From an uncultured virus (IMG/VR IMGVR_UViG_3300044825_001403) (Duplodnaviria > Heunggongvirae > Uroviricota > Caudoviricetes): DNA of 64,000 nucleotides. The notes under the pieces were generated by a model. The model was not told the DNA's origin. It searched no databases and was given only the letters and a program-made list of their open reading frames with translations. Each line of letters opens with the position of its first letter. The stretch's first letter is position 1. Location of the stretch: positions 62,001-126,000 of IMG/VR virus record IMGVR_UViG_3300044825_001403; one strand, written 5' to 3'. The position numbers and the translations under genes were made by a program. Below, piece after piece: positions 30,252-38,753 of the stretch.

Positions 30252-32435
30252 ATGCCCGTTGTTAACCACGAAGTCAAAGGTACTCTTGCCAAACTGCTGG
30301 CAACGGAGAACCTCATCATTGAGCACAAGAAGGTGCCTACAGCATGTTTTGATGTGCAACGCCGTGTCCTGACCCTGCCGATCTGGGACAGGGCTTCTGG
30401 GGTCGTATACGACCTTCTGGTGGGGCATGAGGTTGGACATGCTCTCTACACCCCGAACGAAGATTGGCGAGAGATCGCTGACGTTCCCAAAGATTATGTG
30501 AACGTTGTAGAAGATGCTCGTATCGAAAAACTGATGAAGCGTAAGTTTCCTGGTCTCGCCCGTACTTTCTACAATGGTTATAGCGAACTGAATCGTGATG
30601 ACTTCTTCAGTATTGCTGATGAAGATCTTAGTAAACTTACTCTCATTGACCGTATTAATCTTCACTTCAAGATTGGTGCCTATGCTCAGATGCCGTTCAA
30701 CGAGTTTGAGCAGCAGTTTGTTGAGATGATTGAAGGTGCAGAAACCTTCCAGCAAGTGCTGACCATCTGTGAACTGATTCACAAATATGTGAAAGAGAAG
30801 CAGCAGGAAGAACTGTCGCTTTCTATTCAATCCAGTTCTGGTCAACAAGGCGGCGGAGATTCTGCTGGACAATCTGATCAACAAATGACCAGTGAAGGGC
30901 AAAGCATGATCAATCCTGGTAGTGATGCTCAGCAGGAACAAGCTAGCGGTGGTGTCAGTGCTGAAGCACCAGAAGCTCCCATCGGCTCTGGTGGTGGCGG
31001 TCCCAACGAAGAATTGAACGAAGAAGTTTCTAAAACCCAGCAAGCATTTGATCAGCAAGCAGAAAAGCTGACCAATCACTATGCCAGCGAAACTACTTAC
31101 ATCGAACGTCCCCAACTAAAGATGGATGATGTGATTGCTGATTACAAAATCCTTAACGATTACATTAATGCCCACTTCAGTGAAGTTGCTAATGTTTCTC
31201 AGTATCGTGAAAATGCTTTTAAAGAGGTCGATGCTGATTATAAGAAGTATCGTACCGAAGCACAAAAGGAAGTGAACTATCTGGTTAAAGAGTTTGAGAT
31301 GAAGAAGTCGGCAGATGCTTACCAGCGTATGTCTACTGCTCGTACTGGTACTCTCGACACCAGCAAACTTCACACCTATAAGTACAACGAAGATTTGTTC
31401 CGTAAGGTTTCTGTGATTCCTGATGGCAAGAATCATGGTCTGGTGTTCGTGCTGGACTGGTCTGGTTCGATGAATGATTATCTGCTTGATACGGTGAAAC
31501 AACTGCTGAACCTTGTGTGGTTCTGTAAGAAAGTTCAGATTCCTTTTGAGGTGTATGCTTTTACCTACGAGTGGAGCAACTCTTATGTTGATTCCAACTA
31601 CAGTGCTCCCAAGTCTTTGTACAAAAAGCAAGACGGCACTATTGAAGTTCATCGTCGCTTCCGTCTGCTGAACTTTCTGAGTTCTCGTGCCAACAACAAA
31701 GTGCTGGACAACTGTATTCAAAATCTGTGGCGTCTTGCTGCCCGTGAGGATTCCAATTACAATGGTGCTACTTATCATCACTATGGTGTTCCTGCTGGTC
31801 TTGATCTCAGTGGAACTCCTCTTAATGAATCCATCATTGCTCTTCATCAGATCATTCCTCAGTTCAAGACTCGCAACAAACTTCAGAAAGTTAACGTTGT
31901 CATTCTGACTGACGGTGAAGCAAATCATCTAAATTTTGATTTGAATATTCAACGCCCTAATGGTTCTTACAATTACATTGGACAAAACTACATCAGTGGT
32001 GGTAATGCTCTTCGGGATCGTAAGATCGGTTATGTTTATCGTAACTTTGAAATGGATAACGTGAACAGCAACTTGACTGCTATTCTTCTGGAGAATCTGA
32101 AAGATAACTTCCCCGAAGTGAATCTGATTGGATTCCGAATCTGCAGTGGCAATAGTTTCTCTTATCTTTATCGGTCTCTTTACAAATCCAATGGCGGTGG
32201 AGTTGAACCCGATGAAGCCATGAAAGTATGGCGTAAAGAAAAGTCCTATGAAATTAATGGTGCTGGGTATGATGCCCTGTACATGATTTCTTCTCACGAC
32301 TTGGCAGTTGACACTACTATGACAGTTGACGAAGAGGCTACTGCTGCTGACATCGGACGGGCATTCCGTACTATGCTCAAGAAGAAGACAACGAACAAGA
32401 AGCTCCTGTCTTCCTTCGCTACCCTGGTCGCTTGA
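30252..32435 (+). CDS. metallopeptidase-like/vWA domain protein (CobT-like partner of CobS)
   Basis: HEVGH zincin motif and NVVEDARIE; MIDAS motif LDWSGSM, GTPL, LTDGE. Confidence 0.8.
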   Translation: MPVVNHEVKGTLAKLLATENLIIEHKKVPTACFDVQRRVLTLPIWDRASGVVYDLLVGHEVGHALYTPNEDWREIADVPKDYVNVVEDARIEKLMKRKFPGLARTFYNGYSELNRDDFFSIADEDLSKLTLIDRINLHFKIGAYAQMPFNEFEQQFVEMIEGAETFQQVLTICELIHKYVKEKQQEELSLSIQSSSGQQGGGDSAGQSDQQMTSEGQSMINPGSDAQQEQASGGVSAEAPEAPIGSGGGGPNEELNEEVSKTQQAFDQQAEKLTNHYASETTYIERPQLKMDDVIADYKILNDYINAHFSEVANVSQYRENAFKEVDADYKKYRTEAQKEVNYLVKEFEMKKSADAYQRMSTARTGTLDTSKLHTYKYNEDLFRKVSVIPDGKNHGLVFVLDWSGSMNDYLLDTVKQLLNLVWFCKKVQIPFEVYAFTYEWSNSYVDSNYSAPKSLYKKQDGTIEVHRRFRLLNFLSSRANNKVLDNCIQNLWRLAAREDSNYNGATYHHYGVPAGLDLSGTPLNESIIALHQIIPQFKTRNKLQKVNVVILTDGEANHLNFDLNIQRPNGSYNYIGQNYISGGNALRDRKIGYVYRNFEMDNVNSNLTAILLENLKDNFPEVNLIGFRICSGNSFSYLYRSLYKSNGGGVEPDEAMKVWRKEKSYEINGAGYDALYMISSHDLAVDTTMTVDEEATAADIGRAFRTMLKKKTTNKKLLSSFATLVA

Positions 32436-32518
32436 CCAGTTCCCAATCTGTCCACTGGGGGTGGCAACGCCCCCAACCCCTGCTATAATTAACACATCCA
32501 CAAAGGAGATTACTCATC

Positions 32519-33652
32519 ATGGCTCGTAAAGCAAACATTGAACAAGAAGCCCTCATCGCTTATATTTCCACTCACTTTGGCGAAGACTTTGGTAGCAACG
32601 CTGTAATTGCTGCTGCCGAAGAATTTGGTAGTTCGTATCCCACCATCGCCAAGCGTCTTGATCAATACAAGACTGGTCATGGTCGTTGGAACCTGACTGC
32701 CCAAGATATTGAAAACACTTACAACGCTCCTGCTGCTGAACCTGCTGAGCAAGCAGTTGAGCATGTTGTGATCCACCGTGAAAATCTGATTCCTGATAAA
32801 GATGCTAACTTCGTCAGCTTTGGTAACTTCAGTGATGTTAAGAAAATCATTTCTTCTGGTATTTTCTATCCTGTGTTCATCACTGGTATGTCTGGCAATG
32901 GTAAAACTTTCGGTGTGGAGCAAGCTTGTGCTCAACTGAAGCGTGAACTGATCCGTGTGAACATCACCATCGAGACTGATGAAGACGATCTGATCGGTGG
33001 TTTCCGTCTGATCAATGGAGAAACTGTGTGGCACAACGGTCCTGTTATCGAAGCTCTTGAGCGTGGTGCTGTTCTGCTGCTTGACGAGATCGACCTTGCT
33101 TCTAACAAGATCCTGTGCCTTCAGTCGATTCTTGAAGGTAAGGGCGTGTTCCTGAAGAAGACTGGTCGTTATGTGAAGCCTGCCGCTGGGTTTACCATCG
33201 TTGCCACTGCCAACACCAAAGGTAAGGGTTCTGATGACGGTCGTTTTATTGGCACCAATGTTCTGAACGAAGCGTTCCTTGAGCGATTCGCTCTCACCTT
33301 TGAACAGGATTATCCTGGTCCGAAAACTGAGCAAAAGATTCTTGAGAAACTTTCCAAGAAGCTTGGCTGTCTGGATGAAGAATTCTGTGAGAAGCTTGCT
33401 GCTTGGGCAGACATTATCCGTAAGACTTTCAAGGATGGTGGCGTTGATGAAGTGATCAGCACCCGTCGTTTGTCCCACATCATTCGTGCCTACAGCATCT
33501 TCGGCAAGCGTATGAAAGCGATTCAAGTTTGTGTGAATCGTTTCGATGACGAAACCAAGTCCAGCTTCCTGGAGCTGTATGACAAGATCGACGCTAGCGT
33601 TGGTGCCGATATCAATAACGATGCTCCAGTGGAAGAGAATGAAGAAGCCTGA
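32519..33652 (+). CDS. cobS: CobS-like MoxR AAA+ ATPase
   Basis: GMSGNGKT, ETDEDDLIGG, LLLDEID, ATANTKGKG, NEAFLERF, ISTRRL. Confidence 0.9.
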   Translation: MARKANIEQEALIAYISTHFGEDFGSNAVIAAAEEFGSSYPTIAKRLDQYKTGHGRWNLTAQDIENTYNAPAAEPAEQAVEHVVIHRENLIPDKDANFVSFGNFSDVKKIISSGIFYPVFITGMSGNGKTFGVEQACAQLKRELIRVNITIETDEDDLIGGFRLINGETVWHNGPVIEALERGAVLLLDEIDLASNKILCLQSILEGKGVFLKKTGRYVKPAAGFTIVATANTKGKGSDDGRFIGTNVLNEAFLERFALTFEQDYPGPKTEQKILEKLSKKLGCLDEEFCEKLAAWADIIRKTFKDGGVDEVISTRRLSHIIRAYSIFGKRMKAIQVCVNRFDDETKSSFLELYDKIDASVGADINNDAPVEENEEA

Positions 33653-33806
33653 GTTTCACGGTTACGTTGGTAACATTGCCGTCCTTCGGGACGGCAGTTC
33701 CGTCAAGATTCTTGGTGGACATAATTCAAAACTTTTCGTGAAGACACTTGACGGAACAATCAAAGAGTGCTATCATGAAGATCTACAGTATGTAACGGAG
33801 GAATGA
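33639..33806 (+). CDS. small hypothetical protein
   Basis: 55 aa from ATG 33639 (MKKPEFHGYVG...), overlapping the cobS end. Confidence 0.55.
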   Translation: MKKPEFHGYVGNIAVLRDGSSVKILGGHNSKLFVKTLDGTIKECYHEDLQYVTEE

Positions 33807-33811
33807 TTTAA

Positions 33812-34120
33812 ATGCAATGGAAATACAACGAGGAAAAGATCCTCAAAGACATCGAAGAATATGTAGTCAGTACCTATAATGGTCACTACTGTGGTGATGA
33901 AGATGGTTATTGTGATATTCAAACCATTGATCTGATGGCAGCTAAAGGTCTCGCTGCCCCCTTTTGTCAAGCAAACATCCTTAAGTATGGCAGCCGATAT
34001 GGCGACAAGGATGGGCTTAACAAGCGAGACCTGCTTAAAGTTATTCATTACGCCATGCTGCTACTTCACTTTGATCGTCACTATTCTCGCACTGAAAATG
34101 GTCTCCAGGAGTTTAAATGA
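33812..34120 (+). CDS. DUF3310-like conserved phage protein
   Basis: HY...IQTIDL...FCQANILKYGSRYG.K.G....DLLKVIHYA. Confidence 0.75.
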   Translation: MQWKYNEEKILKDIEEYVVSTYNGHYCGDEDGYCDIQTIDLMAAKGLAAPFCQANILKYGSRYGDKDGLNKRDLLKVIHYAMLLLHFDRHYSRTENGLQEFK

Positions 34121-34785
34121 ATAAGGTAACGCTTTCTAATCAAACTAAAGAAGTTCTGAAGAACTATTCTACGATCAATGGTTCTATTCTGATTCGGGAA
34201 GGCTCCCAACTAAAGACAATCAATGTTGGGGAAAATCTTATTTCTCAATACGATTGCGAAGAAGTGTTCCCACAAACTTTCGCTATCTATGATCTGAACC
34301 AGTTTCTTGCTGGTCTTTCTTTGTTTCAGAACCCAGTTCTTGAATTTAACAATGCTGAGTATCTGACCATTCGTGGTGATGGGCGTAGTGCAAAATACTA
34401 TTTCTCGGATCCAGAGATCACTCTTAAGACTGCTCCTGACCGTAAAGTAAATTTCCCTGGTGCTGATATTGAGTTTTCCATTAGTGGGGATCAACTTGAA
34501 GCACTTCGTAAAGCAGCGAATGTTTATGGCATTCCTGATCTTGTGTTCAAATCTTCTGCTGGTGGTACGGTATCACTGAATTTGTGTGATCGAGAAAATG
34601 AAACCAGCAATGTTTATTCTCAAGAAATTTTTGGGGACAATACAGGTGAATATGAGTTGACGATGAAGATGGAACATGTTAATCTTGTTCCTGGTAACTA
34701 TGATGTAAAAATTTCTAGTAAGTTGATTACTGAATGGAAACATAGTCGCCTCCCCCTTGTATATTACATTGCACTTGAACCTTGA
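34117..34785 (+). CDS. g45: sliding clamp gp45
   Basis: LS..T..VLKNYSTIN.SI...FAIYDLNQFL...GNYDVKIS...YYIALE. Confidence 0.93.
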   Translation: MNKVTLSNQTKEVLKNYSTINGSILIREGSQLKTINVGENLISQYDCEEVFPQTFAIYDLNQFLAGLSLFQNPVLEFNNAEYLTIRGDGRSAKYYFSDPEITLKTAPDRKVNFPGADIEFSISGDQLEALRKAANVYGIPDLVFKSSAGGTVSLNLCDRENETSNVYSQEIFGDNTGEYELTMKMEHVNLVPGNYDVKISSKLITEWKHSRLPLVYYIALEP

Positions 34786-35729
34786 TGAATAAGAAATTTT
34801 TGTGGGTGGAAGAGTATCGTCCTCATACTCTTGAGGATTGTATTCTTCCAGTGAATATTAAAAACTCTTTTAAGGGCTTTATCGAGCAGAAGGAAATTCC
34901 TAACCTTCTGCTTTGTGGTTCTGCTGGTGTTGGTAAGACTACTGTTGCTAAAGCAATCTGTGATGAGATTGGTGCTTCCTACATCGTGATCAATGGATCA
35001 GATGAGGGACGCTTCCTGGATACGGTACGAAACAAGGTCAGGCAATTCGCCACAACTGTCTCCTTGACCTCTGGGGCAGCCCACAAGGTCGTCATTATTG
35101 ACGAGGCAGACAACACCACTAGTGACGTTCAGCTCTCGCTCAGGACCGCTGTGGAAGAGTTTCATGGTAACTGCCGCTTCATTTTTACTTGCAACTTCCC
35201 GAACAAAATCATTGACCCTCTGCACTCTCGTTGTACGGTAATTGATTTTAAGATTAAGAATGAAGAGGTTGACAAACTTCAAGCGAAGTTCTTTATTCGT
35301 CTCAAGAATATTCTTGATGAGAACAATATTAAATATGATGATAAAGTATTGATCAAATTGATCAGACGTTATTATCCAGATTGGAGGAGATTACTAAATG
35401 AAACACAGAGACACAGTGCCAACGGATGCATTGATTCTTCTATTCTTATTGACATTGCCGACATTAATCTGGATGATTTGGTCAGGGCATTAAAGAATAA
35501 AGAATTTACTACGGTCAAAAAATGGGTTGTTGATAACATTGACAACGATCCTGCTATTGTCATGAGAAAGATTTACGATGCTCTTTATGATACTCTCAAG
35601 GGTCCTTCTATCCCAGAAGCAGTGCTAATCATCGCCAAGTACATGAGAGACATCAGTATTGTTGCTGATCAAGAGATTAATCTTCTTGCTTGCTTAACTG
35701 AAATTATGGTGGGATGTGAATTCAAATGA
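34782..35729 (+). CDS. g44: clamp loader large subunit gp44
   Basis: WVEEYRP, GSAGVGKTT, IIDEAD, PLHSRC. Confidence 0.95.
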   Translation: MMNKKFLWVEEYRPHTLEDCILPVNIKNSFKGFIEQKEIPNLLLCGSAGVGKTTVAKAICDEIGASYIVINGSDEGRFLDTVRNKVRQFATTVSLTSGAAHKVVIIDEADNTTSDVQLSLRTAVEEFHGNCRFIFTCNFPNKIIDPLHSRCTVIDFKIKNEEVDKLQAKFFIRLKNILDENNIKYDDKVLIKLIRRYYPDWRRLLNETQRHSANGCIDSSILIDIADINLDDLVRALKNKEFTTVKKWVVDNIDNDPAIVMRKIYDALYDTLKGPSIPEAVLIIAKYMRDISIVADQEINLLACLTEIMVGCEFK

Positions 35730-36118
35730 ACAATTTTCAATCAGAAAGTAAAAAATCTGGAGATGAATTTGAGTATTTTGTTGAACAAGATCTTCTTTGC
35801 CGTGGAGGTTTGATTGTTGGAAAAGATTATTGCGTAAAAGAAATTGGCATTGAGCTTGATTATATTGCTGATCTACCAACACGAACTGAATATGTTGAGG
35901 CTAAAGGTGGACATACTGGAGGTAAAAAACGACCAGGAGCACAACGTACTGACAATGTTAAAAAGGCGGTATGTAATGGTGCTTTGTTAAAGCATATTAA
36001 TAAATCTGCATATTATGTAATCTATTTTTCTGCCCCACCAAAGCCAAATAGTTATTCCTATAATATGATTGAAACTGCTCTTGAAGCTGGTTATGTTGAC
36101 GAGGTTCGTTACCTATGA
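35726..36118 (+). CDS. PD-(D/E)XK restriction-endonuclease-like protein
   Basis: SGDEFE...ELDYIA...VEAKGG...RTDNVKKA. Confidence 0.6.
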   Translation: MNNFQSESKKSGDEFEYFVEQDLLCRGGLIVGKDYCVKEIGIELDYIADLPTRTEYVEAKGGHTGGKKRPGAQRTDNVKKAVCNGALLKHINKSAYYVIYFSAPPKPNSYSYNMIETALEAGYVDEVRYL

Positions 36119-36375
36119 AAATAAAATCTACATCTATAAAAATAAAAACTACTCCCGAAAATGTTCGGGAAGCTAACGAAGGATTATTTCGTTCCACAAT
36201 GAATTTGCCAAATGCGGCACAGCATTGTGGGATGACTCAGAAAGAAATGAAAATGACTTTTAGAGAATTTCTTAAATACAATTTGCCTGACTATGACACT
36301 ACGGGAACTGGCACTGTGCTGAACCACGGGGCTCAGTACCCGTTTATGATTGATGAAACCGAAGGAGGAATTTAA
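36115..36375 (+). CDS. conserved hypothetical protein, possible HTH
   Basis: KTTPENV.EANE.LF...MNLP.AA.HCGMT.KEMK.TF.EFLK. Confidence 0.6.
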   Translation: MKIKSTSIKIKTTPENVREANEGLFRSTMNLPNAAQHCGMTQKEMKMTFREFLKYNLPDYDTTGTGTVLNHGAQYPFMIDETEGGI

Positions 36376-36377
36376 TT

Positions 36378-36515
36378 ATGCGTTGCCGTGTTCAACTCTA
36401 TGTCGCTGGTAAAGTCTTCAACGAAGAAGTAGAAGCTCGTAATTACGAAGAAGCAAAAGAAACTGCTCTTGCTAGGAATCCAAACGCCAAAGTTATGGGT
36501 GTAACTGCAGTATGA
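36378..36515 (+). CDS. small hypothetical protein (45 aa)
   Basis: MRCRVQLYVAGKVFNEEVEARNYEEAKETALARNPNAKVMGVTAV read by hand; GGAGG RBS; stop overlaps the g62 ATG. Confidence 0.75.
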   Translation: MRCRVQLYVAGKVFNEEVEARNYEEAKETALARNPNAKVMGVTAV

Positions 36516-36898
36516 AGTATGAGTTAAAAGATTATCTTAACGCAATTAATCAATCAAAAAAGAAACTTCTTGATGATGATCAAGAAGCGGTAAAAGGCTA
36601 TCCATCTTTTATCATTAATAAATGCTTGTCTTCATTTACAGATACTGTTCTGTATGCTAACGAGATGAACAAGAATGCTCATCTAGACAAGAAACTTCAG
36701 TTTGACTTCTATATAAATAGTTTGAAACCAAGGAAACGTTTTAGTCCCTGGGTTAAAAAACAAACACTTGAGAATCTTGAATTGGTGAAAGAGTATTATG
36801 GCTATAGTCATAACAAAGCTTTAGAAGCATTACAAATTCTCACAACTGATCAACTTGAAGCTATCAAAAAAGCATTGTATAAGGGTGGAACAAAATGA
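36512..36898 (+). CDS. g62: clamp loader small subunit gp62
   Basis: DYLNAIN...YPSFIINKCLS...ANEMN...RKRFSPW...VKEYYGYS..KA. Confidence 0.92.
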   Translation: MKYELKDYLNAINQSKKKLLDDDQEAVKGYPSFIINKCLSSFTDTVLYANEMNKNAHLDKKLQFDFYINSLKPRKRFSPWVKKQTLENLELVKEYYGYSHNKALEALQILTTDQLEAIKKALYKGGTK

Positions 36899-37314
36899 CA
36901 ACTGATATTGAAATCCAGTGGCAGCAATCTGATATGGTAGAGGTTTCTCTGGCTGAGCCAGACGACTTTTTGAAAGTTCGTGAAACCCTTACGAGAATTG
37001 GTGTTGCTTCACGTAAAGAAAAAAAGATCTATCAATCTTGCCACATTCTTCATAAGCAAGGTAGATACTATATTGTTCACTTTAAAGAATTGTTTGCTCT
37101 CGATGGAAAGCATACCAATCTTTCATTGAATGATGTTCAGCGTAGAAATCGTATTATTCAATTACTTTCTGATTGGGGTCTCATTACTGTAGTAACGCCA
37201 GAAAAAATTGAAGACGTTGCTCCGCTCAATCAAATTAAAGTACTCTCTTTTAAAGAGAAAGATGAGTGGACTTTGGAAAGTAAGTATAACATTGGTAGAA
37301 AGAAACCAGAATGA
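36895..37314 (+). CDS. regA: translational repressor RegA
   Basis: DDFLKVRETLTRIGVAS...YQSCHILHKQGRYYIVHFKELF.LDG. Confidence 0.96.
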   Translation: MTTDIEIQWQQSDMVEVSLAEPDDFLKVRETLTRIGVASRKEKKIYQSCHILHKQGRYYIVHFKELFALDGKHTNLSLNDVQRRNRIIQLLSDWGLITVVTPEKIEDVAPLNQIKVLSFKEKDEWTLESKYNIGRKKPE

Positions 37315-37439
37315 GAACAGTCAAGGTTCAATTTCTAACCCCAGATAAACGTGTGGTTTGGATTTTGGTTCCTTGGGGTAAAGCTCATTTGGATTGGTAT
37401 CGTCATCGTGGATACACGATACTGATGACCGAACAATAA
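37311..37439 (+). CDS. small hypothetical protein (42 aa)
   Basis: MRTVKVQFLTPDKRVVWILVPWGKAHLDWYRHRGYTILMTEQ; ATGA overlap with the regA stop. Confidence 0.5.
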   Translation: MRTVKVQFLTPDKRVVWILVPWGKAHLDWYRHRGYTILMTEQ

Positions 37440-37468
37440 TGGTGGGGCAATCCGCCCTGCCATTTTTT
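37438..37468 (+). terminator. intrinsic terminator
   Basis: aatggtggggc-aatcc-gccctgccatt followed by T run. Confidence 0.7.
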
Positions 37469-37540
37469 ATGATCTGTGCTAAATTATATTGGATGCCTTC
37501 GGGGTCCTAAAACAAACTCGCTTATTTAAGGAGAACAAAA

Positions 37541-38035
37541 ATGAATACACAAGCAAAATATACTTGGGATATTTACTCCCCATTTTCTGTAGGATTGGAT
37601 GATATTTTTAATCGTCTTGATACCATCAGTAATCACGGCACAAATTATCCTCCCTACAATTTAATCAAAAATGATTCAAGCAATTACGAAATTGAAATTG
37701 CTCTTGCAGGATTTAAAGCAGATGAGATCGAAGTCTCTACAGAACAAAACATTCTCAGAGTTGCCTCAAAAATTGAGAAACGAGATACTGAACGAACCTA
37801 CCTCCACAAAGGATTGTCCAAACGTTCTTTCAGTAATTCCTGGCAACTTGCAGATGATGTCAAAATAGCATCAGTTGATTTCGTTGATGGTCTGTTGACG
37901 ATCTCTTTGGAAAAAATTATTCCAGAGGAAAAAAAGAAAACTGTCTACAACATTGGACGAACTGTAAGTGCCCCAAAGTTTTTAACAGAAGATCGAAATT
38001 CAAATTTCCCTGGAGAAAACACGATCAATAAATAA
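37541..38035 (+). CDS. hsp20: small heat-shock protein Hsp20
   Basis: NYPPYNLIK...IEIALAGF...YLHKGLSKRSF...W.LADDV...DGLL.I.LEKIIPE. Confidence 0.95.
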   Translation: MNTQAKYTWDIYSPFSVGLDDIFNRLDTISNHGTNYPPYNLIKNDSSNYEIEIALAGFKADEIEVSTEQNILRVASKIEKRDTERTYLHKGLSKRSFSNSWQLADDVKIASVDFVDGLLTISLEKIIPEEKKKTVYNIGRTVSAPKFLTEDRNSNFPGENTINK

Positions 38036-38091
38036 TTTGGGGCTACCCAAATATCGTCGTCGCACAGGCAAGAGCTGGTCAGAATCAGCAC

Positions 38092-38120
38092 TTGCCTTTT
38101 TTTCTTTGGTGTGGTATAAT
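38092..38120 (+). promoter_or_regulatory. sigma70-type promoter for the g43 operon, overlapping a terminator-like hairpin
   Basis: TTGCCT-N17-TATAAT with TG extension; upstream aggcaag...cttgcct stem plus T run. Confidence 0.65.
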
Positions 38121-38143
38121 GTCAGCACCCTAACGTCTATTAA

Positions 38144-38470
38144 ATGGATAACACAGTAATAGTAGTTTTAAAAAATGGCACTCAAGTTATTTGCAATCTA
38201 AAGGAAGTTTTTGAAGGTGAAGATGAAAGCAGAAAAGGATTGTGCTTGTTGATGATTCATCCTTATACTTTAGAACTTGTTCAGACATATGATCAACAAA
38301 ATAGTTCTGGAAATGTTCAAGTTAGATTTGATAAGTGGTGTCCATATAGCCCAGATACTGAATTTAAAATTCCTTATGATGCTGTAATGGCTATAGGTTC
38401 GTGCGATCCTACTTTAGTGGATGCATATAATTCTAAAATTTCTACATTAACAAAACAAGATCATGAATGA
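38144..38470 (+). CDS. conserved hypothetical protein (Sm-like candidate)
   Basis: VVLKNG..VI...HPY...F.KW.PYS; usual hsp20-g43 interval. Confidence 0.7.
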   Translation: MDNTVIVVLKNGTQVICNLKEVFEGEDESRKGLCLLMIHPYTLELVQTYDQQNSSGNVQVRFDKWCPYSPDTEFKIPYDAVMAIGSCDPTLVDAYNSKISTLTKQDHE

Positions 38471-38753
38471 AACAATTAAATTAATCCGATTTGATGGAGT
38501 ATGGATCGTTTCAGAAGTTGAAGAAATTCCTGATGTGGAGTTTGGAGACCCAGACTGTGTGCTAAAATACCCGTATGAAGTGGAAGGGAAATGCTTGGGT
38601 CCCTTCCCGCCACACTCTAGAGAACGTGAGTTCATCGTGAGATCGTCTGAAATCAGTTTAATTACTGAACCTACAGACTTTTTATATAATCTATATCGTG
38701 CTTCTGTCGATATGGAAACCCATGTACCTCCTGCTGAAGAATCTGAAGAATGA
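38463..38753 (+). CDS. conserved hypothetical protein
   Basis: GDPDC.L.YPY motif; coupled to g43. Confidence 0.7.
   Translation: MNETIKLIRFDGVWIVSEVEEIPDVEFGDPDCVLKYPYEVEGKCLGPFPPHSREREFIVRSSEISLITEPTDFLYNLYRASVDMETHVPPAEESEE

Noticed and set aside
30222..33526. Long minus-strand ORFs (297, 270, 190 and 338 aa) tiling the vWA and cobS genes
   Set aside because: They are antisense shadows of strongly codon-biased genes that avoid TTA, CTA and TCA; no RBS or recognisable motifs
37928..37936. In-frame A_AAA_AAG in hsp20 (also in regA near 37020, g55 near 26668 and g62 near 36556)
   Set aside because: They encode ordinary Lys-Lys in conserved motifs, have no convincing 3' stem by eye, and are expected by chance in an AT-rich genome
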